Below, in pieces: positions 42,996 to 57,771 of a stretch of 64,000 bases of DNA (position 1 is the first letter of the stretch; every line of letters starts with the position of its first letter). A program made the position numbers and the translations under genes. The stretch comes from the human T2T-CHM13v2.0 reference genome, Homo sapiens: NCBI RefSeq assembly GCF_009914755.1, contig NC_060930.1; one strand, given 5' to 3'. The notes under the pieces are model-generated. The model ran no database searches. It was not told the origin of the DNA and saw nothing but the letters and a program-made list of their open reading frames with translations.

Positions 42996-44044
42996 AGAAA
43001 CAACACATTAAAAAGAAGAAAGGAGTAAAACATGGCTACAGCTGGAGTTAGTTTATTCATTTGGTGACAGTTTAGACTTATTTTTCACTGCTTTGTAAAT
43101 GATTTTCCCTTCCAATTGCCACTAAATAGAAAGTTAAAATATTATTATGCACATATGATGAAATCTTAGCAGGAAGGCTTCAGGAAATTAAACAAAAGCT
43201 GACATAACAATTTTCGATGAAAGACTAAATGCTCTTACTTTAACATTGGATGAAATAAAATATATTATAAAACTAAAAGCACAATTATTCACCAAGCCTT
43301 TTTATTACTGCATTACAAAAAAAAATTAAATTGGGAAAAATTAAATTAAAGGCTACAATTTTCTATGTTTACTGAAAAGCCAGCTTTTCAGATGCTATAA
43401 ATTTATTATCCTCAACAAAGAGCTTTAAGACTGAAAACTGATTGTTTTAAGATACACTTTCATTTTTTATTAAAGCCCTCTGAAGAACAATCAAAAGAAA
43501 ACATTTGTAATCTATGACTGATGGGTTGTACATTGTGAAAATAAACCCAGAAAGATTCATTACTTATTCAACACTGTCTAGAATATATAACTCTTTATGT
43601 CTTCTTATGCTTTATTTTTTGGCTAAAAATGGAAATAATAAAATTCACTGCATTGTGTATGCTGCGGAAAGGAATATTTAATATTCTCAGAGCATCGTGT
43701 GGCTGTACGGATGCATGAGATATTCCAGTTAACAAAAAAAAGTTGCTTTATGTTTCTGGCATGTGAATGACAAAGAGAAAATTGCTTCCTCTGCCAAAAA
43801 GAAAAATCTTAGAAAATAATAGAATTTAAAACCTCAGGATGTCATTAAAACTCTCTACTTATCAGAAGATGTCTAAGACTTTAGATTTTGGCAAAGCAAT
43901 CATTTAGAACTATTCATCAGATAGTGACATCTCAAATCCCAGCTCCAACACACAGCTATGACTAAACATTTCAGGGGCTGCTGTGACTCCTTCTCCTTTG
44001 ATAAGCTGTAGTACCTATTTTTCATATCAGTCAAAGGCAGAAAT

Positions 44045-44250
44045 GCAATTAAGAATATAGACTCAAGAGGAGTAGTCCCTAGGTTTGCCTTCTGCTCCAG
44101 AAACTCATAGCTGTAAGATATTTCTGTGCCTCTGTTCTTTCATATGTCAAATACAGGTATTAATATATTTACCTCAGAGTGTTGCTGAGGATTAAATTGG
44201 AAAAGTAACTGATGTATAGCAAATGCATTTAACAGAATTTAACCATTATT
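44045..44250 (+). mobile_element. MIR fragment
   Basis: tagctgt...ttctgtgcctc...acctcagagtgttgctgaggattaaat. Confidence 0.65.
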
Positions 44251-45968
44251 TTTAATCATGATTTATCATCAATTTTCTTGTGCCAATTCTCTTTTTTATG
44301 TATTTGCATTTTTATGTTAAATCATCTCTCACATCCTGAAGACAAATATTTTCTTTCTTAACCACTTCAAGCTCAATACACATGGAGAATACTCAGCAAA
44401 ACATTTTCTAAAAAAATACTCTTGGGTTTAGAAACCTTACTATGTTTGGTAAAAAACAATAAAATAAAACTTTTTACACAAACAGATAGGTTTACTATAA
44501 AATAGACTATGAAATGTTTCAAGGAATATGGTTTTCATACATAGTGAGGTAAACACTAGTTCCAAAATGCCAAGAGTTAAGAGAGGCAGGTCACAGAGCA
44601 AAGAAAACTGAGGGTGAGAATTTTTGCAAACTTTCGACTTTAAAATATAGCATATTTTTCTTTAACTCTCTACTTGGCCAAAAGTTCAGGGAAAGGAAAC
44701 TTGAAGCAGAAAATAATGTGTTTATACTGATAAATTTCTATGTCAGGAACATTTTAATATTTTCTGGGAGAAAAATAAAGATAATTAATCAATCGCTTTT
44801 GAAAAACCTTTGAAGAAATTTATCCTGAATTTCTGGAAAGTGTTATGGTTGTGGATAAATATAAAGATATTTTCTTTTTAAGGTAAAAGATATACAGTCA
44901 GTTAAGTAGAAGGGCTGTAGAATTACCTCTAGCTTTGTTCATATAATTTTGTTTGAATTTTAGACAAACTATATTTAAAATTAGATGTAATATAGTTTTT
45001 ATCTATTTCTTACATAATTATTATATAATCTTTAGATAATCCATATGATACAGTCCTCGTGATAGAATCAGGAAATCACTTGGCTGCCATTTATAAAATT
45101 ACCAGTTTAAAATAAGAGAGGGTTGAAAATTAGTTTCACAAATTTAAATTTGAATCTAAAGGTAATAACATATTCTAAAATTTGAATGAATGAAACCAAT
45201 TATACATTTGCAGTTAAATGTAGATCTATTGTCTGAATGTTTATTTTCTTAGTTATATCTATACAATAAATCATGGAAATGACTAAAGAAAATGGCTGTA
45301 CTAATCATTTTACTTTCAAATTTGATCTTCTGCCTTTGGCTATACACATACCACTTACATTTTCACATCATAATTGTTTCAAATCATTAAAGAGGCATTG
45401 GATTTAAAAATTGATCCTAAAGAGATAGCAAAATAAACAAATATGTAAAGTTACCATTCTCCTTCTTTTAGGGTGAAAAATTTCATGTCCCAAACTCATT
45501 CCTTGCAGTTTATCAGTGGTAATTTCAGCATTTACAATTTTATACTTCATATTTTGTGAAATCTTTAAAATTGCCTTTGTTCTCGTTTTAGTGCAACCAT
45601 TTGCATTGAGACATTATTGAATACTAGAATGGGAAAGAGATTAAAATATTCAAATAACATTAACAAATCATTGGTAATTTCAATACAACCAACATTGCCT
45701 TAAAAAAAATCTCGTAATTTCAATACTTATGTCTTGGTTGTCTTTCAGAGTCGAGCAGGTTTTTTTTTTAAAAACTGTTTACTGCCCTCACCTTACTCTA
45801 CTATATGCATGGGAGACAAAATTCTCCCACGTTTGTTTATTACAAGAAATCTAAACACCTCTCTATAGCACACCATAGAATGGCCCTATAATTATTTAAT
45901 GATGTAATTTGATTAGAGCAAAAATTATGTTTTGTAAAGAATGCTTATTGATACTCTTATTAAAAATT

Positions 45969-46286
<318 letters not shown>

Positions 46287-46489
46287 AAAAATTATATTTT
46301 TAGTGCTATCAGAGTATACCAGCAACTTAATTGAAGGAAATGGAAATTAGCTTTAAAATATTTTTCTCAGAAATGCATTCTTGTAGGTTTAGAAGGTATT
46401 CCTTATTCAAAATTCCTATATAAAATTTCAGACAATTGTATTCCAAGCAGAACTTTAGATACCTTAAGCAGTCTTCGTTATGAAAACAA

Positions 46490-47475
46490 TTAAAAGTGCA
46501 AATAATTCAGCAAAAGGAACTGTCAATAGAGTAAACAGACAAGCTACACAATGGGAGAAAATATTTACAAATTCTGAATCTGACAAAAGTCTTAATATAC
46601 AGAATCTATATGAAATTTGAACAAATCAACAAGCAAAAAACAATCCTGTTAAAAGTGAAGCAAAGAACATGGGTAGGTACTTCTCAAAAGAACACACATA
46701 GGTGGGCCATAAACATAAGAAAAAATGCTTAACATCACTAATCATCAGAAAAATGCAAATCAAAACTACAATGAGATACCATCTCACACTAGTTAAAATG
46801 GCTTGTATCAAAAAAGTCAAAAAACAACAGACGTTGATGAGGCTGTGGAGAAAAGAGAATGCTTATAAATTGTTGGTGAGAATATAAATTAGTTCAGCCA
46901 TCATGGAAAGAAGTTTGGAGATTTCTCAAATAACTAAAAAGAGAACTACCATTTGATCCAGCAATCCTATTACAGAATATACACCTAAAGGAAATTAAGG
47001 AGTTCTACCAAAAAGGCACATACACTCATATGTTCATCGCGCACAATTCACAATAGCAGAGGTATGGAATCAACCTGGGTGCCCATGAACAGTGGACTGG
47101 ATAAAGAAAATATGCATATACACCATGGAATACTACATGAATACATAAAAAGGAATGAAATCATGTATTTTGCAGCAATATGACTTCAGCTGGTGGCCAT
47201 TATCCTAAGTCAATTAATGCAGAAACAGAAAACCAAACACTACATGTTCTCACTTATAAGTGAAAGTTAAACATTGGATACACATGGACATAAAGATGGG
47301 AACAATAGACACTGGGGACTCTAAGAGGTGGAAGAGACAGACAGGGGTAAGGGTTGGAAAACTACCTATTGGGTACTATGTTCATTACCTGGGCAATTGT
47401 AACCCAAACCTCAGCATCATGCAATATATCCATGTAACAAACTGCACATGTACCACTGAATCAAAAAAAAAAAAG
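46490..47475 (+). mobile_element. 5'-truncated L1PA16/L1PB-type 3' end
   Basis: atagagtaaacagacaa...ggacataaagatgggaacaatagacactgggg...aaacctcagcatcatgcaatat. Confidence 0.9.
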
Positions 47476-47949
47476 TTACTTTTTCTAAATGTAAATAACT
47501 ATTATAGCATCAAGAGTTTTAAAAAAAATGAAGTTTCTGTTTTGATGACCACATGTGACATGGGAGACCAAATATAAAGCCTGAGACCAACAGGTTCAAG
47601 ATCTAATAAGATCTACAAATAAAGCTGGTAATTTTGGAAAAGAATAAAATAAACTAGAAATAAGTTGGCATATGGAAAGATACTCCAAATAAATTCAGTT
47701 TAGATTTAGATAGCAGAGTATACTGAGGGGTGGAGTCTCCCTTGAGCATCAGAAATCTTGCATGTTTGTGGCCTAAAATTATTTATATTACTTGTGCAGT
47801 CCTATCCATTTCAACCACAGAATTCATCGTAAAAGAGTTTAGAATGATTGTTTTATTTTGCTCCTCACCTAACAACAAACAAATAAACAACAACCCATAA
47901 GTTTTCTTCATTAAAAAGGATGTTGAATTAAAACTACTTAACACATTTT

Positions 47950-48818
47950 AAAAAGTCAATGTCCTTTGAAAAAACTTACCTTCTAAAGAAACTTTATAAA
48001 ATGATAAAATTCCAAGGGACCACAATAAAATGTACATATAAAACATATAAGGAATCAGGGTATGAGGAAAAAAAAAACTTTCCAAAATAACTAACAACAG
48101 AATCAAATCTGCAAAAATTTAGCATTTAAATTACTATTCAAAGAATGCCAAGTAAATATGTCAAATATACTTAAAGAAATAAAACAGAAAACTATAAACA
48201 TAAGTAAGGAATATGTAACTATAAAAATTGACCAAACATCTTTGAAAAATAATGACTAAAAATTAATATTTTATTTGAAACTAAAACGAATAGGATAAAT
48301 GCCAGAGGGGAGAAAAATTGAAAGAAATTAATAAATAGGAAATTCAACCTGAAAGGATTGAGAGTGCAGTAAAGAAAAAAAAAACGTGGGATGGAAGAAA
48401 ATGAAAGGGTACAAAATAGGGCAGATAGTATAAAATGTTCTAACATATGTTGAAGGAGAGTTCAAGAAAGTGATAATAAAGAAATTGAGAGATACAGAAT
48501 CTGAATAGATAATAGTTAAGAATTTCTGAGAAGAGATGAAAGCACTGATTCAAGAAGTTGTCCAAGTGAAAACATTTTTAAAATCCAATCTAGAATTCTA
48601 TATCTAGAAAAAGTATTCTTCAAGAATTAGGGTGAAATAAAACTTTGTAGAGGTACAAAAACTAACTTAGTGAACAACAGACCCTCAGTAAAAGACAATG
48701 GTGGAGGAAAGGGGTACAAATCAGCACCCTTAATTCCAGAAGGAATGTTGAGCAAAGAAACTAGGGCTTCCAGTTTCTGGCCTGACATGTAAAGAACTCA
48801 AAAGTCAGTCCTGCTCAC

Positions 48819-48872
<54 letters not shown>

Positions 48873-49790
48873 TAATTTGGGGAAAAAAGAGAATATAAAC
48901 AACCATTTTTAGATTGCCCAGGTTACTGGGCAAACAACTGTCCTGAAAGCTGGGGAGACGTGCGGATAAAGAGAATCACAGCTCACCAGAAACAGAAAGA
49001 AACAGAAGCTGCTGCTAGAGCCAGCAGCTGGTAGGAACACTTAAAGGGTAACTGACTAATTGCTGGAGAAAAAGCATGGACTATCTTGAGAGACAAAAAT
49101 TGCAGGCACAGCCTCAGAGGACCCCACAAATTCATGACTTTCACATCCAGGAGCCCAAACTACATGCTCAGGGTAAAGATCAGAGAAAGATTCCTTTTGT
49201 GCTTCTGACAGGAGCAAGCAGAAAATAACCATTTTTAAACAGTCCCAGAGTGTTCTGTTCTCTTTAACACCTACCCTCAAGGGAAACTATTTATCACTGA
49301 CTGATTTGAGTTTTACTAAAGCCTAACTGATCTGGAAGATGACAAATACTGAACTGTAGTTTCTCTAGTCTTCCTATCTCATCTAAGAGAAAAAAAAACA
49401 AACTCAGAAGCTCTTGTGAAGATCCCAGCCTAGGATCCCAATAAAAGACTAAAACTTAATTACAGAATTAGAGGACATTTTCCCTCTCCCCACAATTTAC
49501 CAGCACACCAATCAGGATCCCGTAAAATAACAGGGAATTACATCGTAAGAACTGCAAGGCTGAGACCCAATTTAAGAAGGGGTCTCTAAAGAAATTCAAA
49601 GACAACAGAGAAGAATAAAACAAAGACACTAGAGAAAACTTAAGCCTCTGGCACCTGTTATTACAGCAAACAGTAAACATAGCCTAACTCCTAGCCAGAG
49701 AAACACAAAACTTCACACTAACGACCTGTTTTCCTCAGTTGCTTATAGCTGATATGCCATGTCCATATTTCAACAGAATTTTTTTAAGGT
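47950..49790 (+). mobile_element. Old L1M ORF1 and 5' fragments
   Basis: ctagaattctatatctagaaaaagtattcttcaagaattagggtgaaataaa; gggcttccagtttctggcctgacatgtaaagaact 5' end. Confidence 0.6.
48819..48866 (+). repeat. (AAT)16 microsatellite
   Basis: Perfect trinucleotide run. Confidence 0.97.
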
Positions 49791-51108
49791 TGTCTCTGAA
49801 ATCAATCATGTTCAGCTCAGATCTAGATACTGGTGCCAACACTGTAGTGAGTGTACCTACATCCAAGGACCTGGGCATCATGGTAGTTTTGTGTGCCTCA
49901 GAGCCCAGGAACCCAGTCCACTGTCATTTTGAGTGCCTGCAACCTGAACACTAGCACTACTTCTGGGAGAAGTGTGCCTGGGCCCCAGAATTTGTGCTGT
50001 TACGGCTGCCTGTGTACCTGCACACCAGAGGTCACACAAACAAGTATCCCTGCAGCTATGACTTCCCCTGCAGGGGTTAAAAAAAAAAAAGGAGAACCAC
50101 AGCAGCCTTTGCCACTTTTTCAAACAAGGCTTGCTACTGCCACTGCTACAACAGACACCTACAGTTTAGAGTGTTGAGGACACCTCAATCTTTGCCAATG
50201 CTGATATCAGGTGATGGAGTTATACATAAACTATGCCACAATGCCCTTTCTGAAACCAGACTTGCTGTATCCCACCTAGTTGATGCCTTCACACTCACCT
50301 GCAGGTGAAAGTCTTTCTCTACCAAAGCCAGTATATAATGTCTCAAGGAAGTGACTGCTTTCTCAAAAGCTCATTCAGCAACACAAAGCCACAAGAAACA
50401 TGAAAAAGCAAGAAACATGACACCATCAAACACAATAATTTTCTGGAAACTTATGAATTGCCTGAAAAGAAATTCAAATAAATTATTTTAAGGAAGCTCG
50501 GTGGCATATAAGAGAACACAGACAACTCAACAATATTATTTTAAAAACGAAAAAAATTAGAAGTTCAAAAAACAAATAGAATTATAAAAACTGAACTAAA
50601 CAGAAATCCAGGAGGCAAAATATTCAATAAATAAAATGAAAATGTAATAGAGAGATTCAACAGCAGAATAAATCAAGTAGAAAAAGAATCTGTAAACTCG
50701 AAGACAGGTCTTTTGAAATTACCTAGTCAGAGGAAAACAAAGAAAAAAAGAAATGGAAAGAGTAAAGAAAGCCTATCAGACTTATAGGACACCATTAACA
50801 GAGAATAGAGAAAAGGGCTGAAAGCTTATTTAAAGAAATAATAAATGAAAAATTCCCAAGAGATATGGACATCTGATACATGAGATCAAAAGTTCCTAAA
50901 CAGGTGCAACTCAAAGAGAACTTCAAAAGACACATTATAATTAAGTTATTCAAGTCAAATACGAATAGACCATTTTAAAAACATTAAGAGAAAAGTAACT
51001 CACCACATATAAGGAAATTTCCATAAAGCTATCAGCAAATTTCTCAGTAGAAACCTGCAGTGAAGGAGAAAATGGGATGATGTATTCAAAGTGCTGAAAG
51101 AATAAAAC

Positions 51109-51271
51109 CTTTTTTCTTTTTGAGCTGGAGTCTTACTCTGTCACCCAGGCTGGAGTGCAGTGGTGTGATCTCGGCTCACTGCAAGCTCTGCCTCCTGAGT
51201 TCATGCCATTCTCAGCCCCCCGAGTTGCTACGCCTGGCTTTTTTTTTTTTTTTTTGTATTTTTGGTAGAGA
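51109..51271 (-). mobile_element. 5'-truncated, internally deleted AluY-like right arm
   Basis: gcaagctctgcc, gccattctc; flanked by aa(a/g)gaataaaac TSD (51097-51108, 51271-51282). Confidence 0.88.
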
Positions 51272-53492
51272 AGGAATAAAACTTTTAACCAAGAATACTT
51301 TACCTGGGGCACCTGTGCTTCAGCAATAAAGGAGAGATGAAGACTTTCCCTGAAAAGTAAAACCTGAAGGAGTTTATCACCACTAGACCTGCCTTACAAA
51401 AAAACGCTAAAGGAAGTTCTTTAAGCTGAAACAAAAGGACAATAATTTGTAACAAAATATATACAATTGATTGGTAAAAGTAAGTATATACTTAAATTCA
51501 GAATACTTGAATACTGGAGTGGTGATGTGTAATCACCTTTAAATTTAGTATAAAGGTTAAAAAAAGTATTAAAAATAGCCTTAGCTACAGTATTTTGTTA
51601 ATGGAAACATAATATAAAAAAGTAAGTTATGACATCAAAAATAGAAAATGTGGGGAAAGGGGAGTGAAAGATTCCTATGCAATTAAAGTTAAGGTGTTAG
51701 TTTATAGTAGACTGCCATAACAATATGATGCTTTCCAAAAGCCTCATGGTAACCAATAAGCAAAAACTTATGGTAGATACACAAGAGATAAAGAAAAAGC
51801 AATTAAAGCATACCACTAAAACAATTTTTAAATAACAAAGGGAGACAAGAGAGGAAAAAGAAAGAAAATTGGTACAAAACAGTCAGGGAACAATTAAGAC
51901 AATGGCAATAGTGGGTCTTTACCTATCAAGAATTACTTTAAATGTAAATGGATTAGAATGTCCAATCAGAAGACATAGAGTAGCTGAATGGATAAATAAA
52001 ACAAGACCTAACTCTATGTTGCCAATAAGAGACTTACTTTATCTTCAAGGACTTACATAGGTTGAACGTGAAGGAATGGAAAAAGATATTCCATACAAAT
52101 GAAAACCAAAAAAGTGCTATACTTACAGGAGACAAAATAGACTTTAAGTAAAAAACTGTAACAAGAGACAAAAAGGGTCATTATATAATGATAAATGATG
52201 TCAGTTCATCAAGATGATATAATAACTGTAAATATAGATACACTCAATATCAAAGCCCATAAATATATAAAACAAATATTAATAGATCTGAAGACAGAAA
52301 TAGCAATACAGTTGTTATAATCAGAGACTTCAGTATCCCACTTTTAACAATGGACATATCATTTAGATAGAAAATCAGCATGTAAACTTCGTACTTGAAC
52401 AAGATTTTAAGCCTAATGTACCTAAAAGACATATACAGAATATCCATCAACAAGCATCAGAATACTCATCCTTCTCAAGAGCACACAAAGAATTCTCCAG
52501 GGCAGATCATGTGTTAGGCCACAAAACAAGTCTTAATAACTTAAAAAGAGTGAAATCTGTCACATAAAGTATCTTTTCTGACCACAATGGTATGAAACTA
52601 GAAAATCATTATAGAGGAAAAACCGGAAAATTCACAAATAGGGAGAAATTAAAGTACATAGTCCTGAACAACTGAGGAAAAAAATAAAAGAGAAACAAAA
52701 AATATCTTGAGACAATCAGAAATGGAGACACAAAATACCAGAACCAATGGAATGTAGCAACATAGTTCTAAGAGGGAATTTTGTAGTAATAGCTGCCTAC
52801 ATTAAGAAAAAAAAAAAAGATCTCAAATGAGGACCCTAACTATACACTTCAAGGAACTAGAGAAAGAAGAACAAACTGAGACCAGAGTTAGCAGAAGAAG
52901 AAAATGACCAAGATCTGAGAAGAACTAAATGAGAGACATGAGAAATAATAGAAAAGTCAATAAAACTAAGAGTTGCTTTTTGAAGAAATAAACAAATTGA
53001 CAAGATTTTAGGTAGTCTAAGAAATGAAAAAGAAAGAGGACTCGAATAAATAAAATCAGAAATGAAAGAGGAGACATTACAACTGATACCATAGAAATAC
53101 AAAGGATTATAAAAGGTTACTATAAGCAATATATTCCAATAAATTGGATAAACTAGAATAAATGGATAAATTTCTAGAAATGTACAACCTACCAAGATTG
53201 AATCAGAAATAGAAAATCTAAACTGAAAAATCTAAACCAAAAAAAAAGTAAAGAGATTGAATCAATAATATAAAGTCTCTCATCAAATAAATGTCCAGGA
53301 TCAGATTTTTAAAATAACTAAAACCAATCTTTCTCAAACGTTTCCAAAAAATGAAGGAGAAGAAATACTTCTAAACTTATTTTACAAGGCGAGGGTTACC
53401 CTGATAACAAAGCCAGACTATGACACTACAGAAATGAAAATTACAGGCCAATACCCTTGACAAACAGAGATGCAAAAATCTTCAACAAAATA

Positions 53493-53828
53493 TAACTGAC
53501 CCTCATATTTATGGGTTCTGCATCCATGGATTCAATCATAGATTGAAAATATTTGGGGAAAAAAGAACGAATGCATTAGTACTGAATGTGTACAGCTTTT
53601 TTTCTTGTCATTTTCTCCTAAGCAATACAGAATAACAACTATTTACATAGTAATTACATTGTTTGAGATGTTTTAAATAATCTAGGGGTGATTTAAAGCA
53701 TACAAACCAAAACATACAGGTCATCTGCACATACTATGTCATTTTATATAGATACTTGAGCATTCATGGATTTGGGTATTGACAGAAGATCCTGGAACCA
53801 ATCCCCCATGGATACCAAGGGACAACTG
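53493..53828. mobile_element. MER2 (Tigger-family MITE)
   Basis: taactgaccctc..atttatgggttctgcatccatggattcaa...ccatggataccaagggacaactg; TA TSDs; L1 continuous (aacaaaata|ctagcaa). Confidence 0.9.
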
Positions 53829-54710
53829 TACTAGCAAGCCAAAGTCAACAGTACAAAATGCAAATCTTTTTGTGATAATAAAAAGACCCTCAACAAACTA
53901 GATGATATAGAAGGAATGTACCTCACCACAATAAAGGCCATATATGAGAAGCCCACAGCTAACATAATCAGTGGTGAAAATTTAAAAACTTTTCCTCTAA
54001 GATCAAGAACAGAGCAAAATACCAACTCTTGCCGCTTCTATTTGGCATGGCCCTGGAAGTTTCAGCCAGATTAATTAGGCAAGAAAAGTTAAATAGAAGG
54101 CATTCAGTTTGGAAAGGAAGAAATTGTCTCTGTTCATGGATGGCATGATCATATATACAGAAAATCCTTAAGTTTCAACCAAAAAAAAAAAACCTGTTAG
54201 AACCAATAAACAAATACAGTAAAGTTGCAGGATACATAATCAACATGCAAATGTCATAGTATTTCTATCTGCTAACAGTGAACTAACCAAAACCATCAAA
54301 AAACTCTCATTTACAATAACTACAAAAAAATGAAATTCTTAGAAATAAATTTAACCAAGGAGGTGAAACTGAAAAATAAAGTGTACACTGAAAACTATAA
54401 AACACTTATGAAAGAAGTTGAAGAAGACACAAATAAATGAAAAGATACCCCAGGTTCATGGAGTGGGATAATTAATATTACTAAAATCGATAATTTTATA
54501 ATAAATCAATTATTAATTAATTTGTTAATTAATATAAATTATAATTAATTATACTATACAAAAAATCTACAGATTTAATGCAATCCTTATCAAAATTCTA
54601 ATAAAATTTTTCACAGAAATGGAAAAAATTTGAAAATTTGTAGAGAGCCGCAAGACTCCAAATAGCCAAAGCAATGCTCAGAAAAAAGAACACAGCTGAA
54701 GGCATCACAT

Positions 54711-55438
54711 TGTGTCCAGAATTGGTTCCTTCCTGTGTGTCCTTGGTCTCGCTGACTTCAAGAATGAAGCCGCAGACCCTCATGGTGAGTGTTACAGCTC
54801 TTAAAGATGGTGTGTCCGGAGTTTGTTCCTTCAGATGTTCAGATGTGTCTGGAATTTCTGCCTTGCCATGGGTTTGTGGTCTCGCTGACTTCTGGAGTGA
54901 AGCCGCAGACCTTTGCAGTGAGTGTTACAGCCCTTAAACGTGGTGCATCTGGAGTTGTTTGTTCCTCCTGATGGGTCTGTGGTCTTGCTGACTTCAGAAA
55001 TTAAGCCGCAGACCCTTGCGGTGAGTGTTACAGCTCATAAAGGTAGTGCAGACCCAAAGAGTGAGGAGCAGCAAGATTTATTGTGAAGAGTGAAAGAATA
55101 AAGCTTTCACAGTGTGGAAGTGGACCTGAGCGGATTGCCGCTGCTGGCTCAGGTGGCCAGCTTTTATTCCCTTATTTGGCTCCGCCCACATCCTGCTGAT
55201 TGGTCCATTTTACAGAGAGCTGATTGGTCCATTTTACAGAGTGCTGATTGGTGTGTTTACAATCCTTTAGCTAGACACAGAGTGCTGATTGGCGCATTTT
55301 TACAGAGTGCTGATTGGCGCATTTAGAATCCTTTAGCTAGACACAATGCTGATTGGTGCATTTACAATCCTCTAGCTAGAGAGAAAAGTTCTCCAAGTCC
55401 CCACTCGACCCAGGAAGTCCAGCTGGCTTCACATCTCA
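54711..55438 (-). mobile_element. ERV9 solo LTR12 (short type)
   Basis: Minus tgagatgtgaagccagctggacttcctgggtcgagtggggacttggagaac...aattctggacaca; gctgattgg repeats; perfect TSD acat (54707-54710, 55439-55442). Confidence 0.97.
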
Positions 55439-57424
55439 ACATTACCTGTCTTCAAAATATACAACAAAGCTATAGTAATCAAGACAGCATAGTACTGGCA
55501 TAAAAACAGACAATAGATCAACATTGCAGAATAGAGTGTCCAGAAATAAATCCACACATTTAAAGTCAATTGATTTTCAATAAAGAGGACAAAAACATGC
55601 AATGGGGAAAGGACAGTCTCTTCTTGGTCTTGGGAAAACTGGTTATCCATATGCAGAAAAAAGAAATTATACTGTCATCTCACATCACATATAAAAATCA
55701 ACTCAAAGTACAAAAGGACTTGAACATAAGACTTGAAACTGTAAAATTACTAGAAGAAAACATAAGAGAAATGCTTCATGACATTGGTGTAGGTTATGAT
55801 ATTTTTGGCTATAACTCCAAAAGCACAGAAAACAAAAGCAAAAAATAGATCAATGGAATTATATCAAACCAAAACACTTTTTCACAGCCAGTGAAACAAT
55901 CAACAGAATGAAGAGATAACCTATGTAATGGGAGACTGTAGTTTCAAGCCATACATCTGATAAGGGTTAACATCCAAAATATACAAAGAACTCAAACAAC
56001 TCAATGGCAAGAAAACAAATAACCAGATTTAAATATGAACCAAGGACCTAGATAGATATTCCTCAAAAGGAAACATACAATGGCCAACAAGTATATAAAT
56101 AATTTTTTCAAAATCACTAATCATCAAGGAAATGCAAATTAAAACCACAATGAGATATCACCTTATACCTGTTAGAATGGCTATGAACAACAACATCATA
56201 AAAACCAAACGTAAGTGTTGGCAAGAATGTGGAGAAACAGGAACTCTTGCACACTACTGTGAGAATGTAAATTAGTGCAGCCATTATGGAAAATAGTATA
56301 AAGATTTCTCAAGAAGTTAAAAATAGAACTACTATATAATCCAGCAATTCTACTACTGGGTATGTATCCAAAGAAAATAAAATTAGTAGATATCTGCACT
56401 CCCATGTTCATAGTAGCATTATTCACAACAGCCTAGACATGGAATCAACTTAAGTGTCCATCAATGGATGAATGGATAAAGAAAATGTGATGTATATATA
56501 CTCAATGGATACTATCCAGTCTTTAAAAAGAAGGAAATTCTGCCATTTGCAACAACATGAATAGATCCACAGGACATTATGTTAAGTGAAATAAGCCAGG
56601 CACAGAAAAACCAACCTGCATGATCTTACTTACATGTAGAGTCTAAAAATCAAATTCATAGAAGCAGAGAATAGAATAGTGGACACTAGAGTCTGGGATT
56701 AGGAGTAGGGATAGGGAGATGTTGGCTAAAGGACACAAAATCTATTATAAAGGAGTATAAGTTCAAGAAATCTATTGTACAATGTGGTGACTATAGTTAA
56801 TAATATTTGTATCCTAGAAAATTGCTGAGAGAGAAGATTTGAAGTGTTCTTACTACAAATAAATATGAGATAGTTATATGCATATATATAGTTAATACAT
56901 ATGTTAATTGGCTTGATTTAGCCATTCCAAATATATATACATTTCAAAACATCATGTTGTATACCATAAAAATATACAATTTTTAGTTGTCAATTAAAAA
57001 TAAATAAGAAGGAAAAAGAACTGCATTGTCTTCAAGTACTTTCAATAACCAAATCTGATATAACAAATATTGCCTACTATGTGTTACCAAGGGTCCTGCT
57101 TTGATAAATAAATGTGACATTATAGTCACAAAAATTGGGAATTTAAACTTTGGAAGTAGATAGGCTCATCCAACGTATATAGATAAAAATAACAAAGGAA
57201 AAACTTAAGGCAGAACTCTAATTTTAAGCCTGAATATAAGGACAAATAGTTGATTACCTCTAAATTTATATTTCTAGGCTTAACTATTTCCTCTGCTCCA
57301 ACTGAAAACATTCATCTGGATTTCTGCAGGTGCATCAACTAAATTATTTCCCAAATTTAATCAATTATCTTACATGCCAAATAACTCCTCTTTCTCTGTG
57401 CTCTATTTCAGGGGTTGAAACCTC

Positions 57425-57771
57425 TATAGACACCCTTACCTAGGCTCCCTTGCCTCCCGACTTCCTGTTGGGCTTAATCAATAGGAGTCTCTAAGAGGAA
57501 ATCAAAATATGAGAAGAGAGAGGCTGAATATTTACTGACCTGCATCCCATTCTACTCAGAGTTTAATTCTGGCAGTGGCTGCTGCAACTTTAGCTCTTTC
57601 CTGCCTAGCAATTGTAACTGCCTTTCTTGTTGATAGTGTCTGGCTGCCTCACCTATGTCTTACTGGTTTCCTTCACCCTGGACGCACTTTTGTACGTAGC
57701 TTTTATTAAATTATTTCTAAGTAAACCGTTTTTAGGATGCCATCTGTTTCCTGCTGGGTCCTGACTGATAC
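57425..57771 (+). mobile_element. LTR33-like ERVL solo LTR
   Basis: ggctcccttgcctcccgacttcctgttggg...tgccatctgtttcctgctgggtcctgactgataca. Confidence 0.75.

Larger units (their letters stand above)
49800..57007 (+). mobile_element. Long L1MA (MA3/4-like): 5'UTR part, ORF1, ORF2, 3'UTR; decayed
   Basis: ORF1 remnants 50400-51440; MAIVGLYLSRITLNVNGLECPIRRHRVAEWI; 3' end ccataaaaatatacaatttttagttgtcaattaaaaataaa. Confidence 0.9.
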
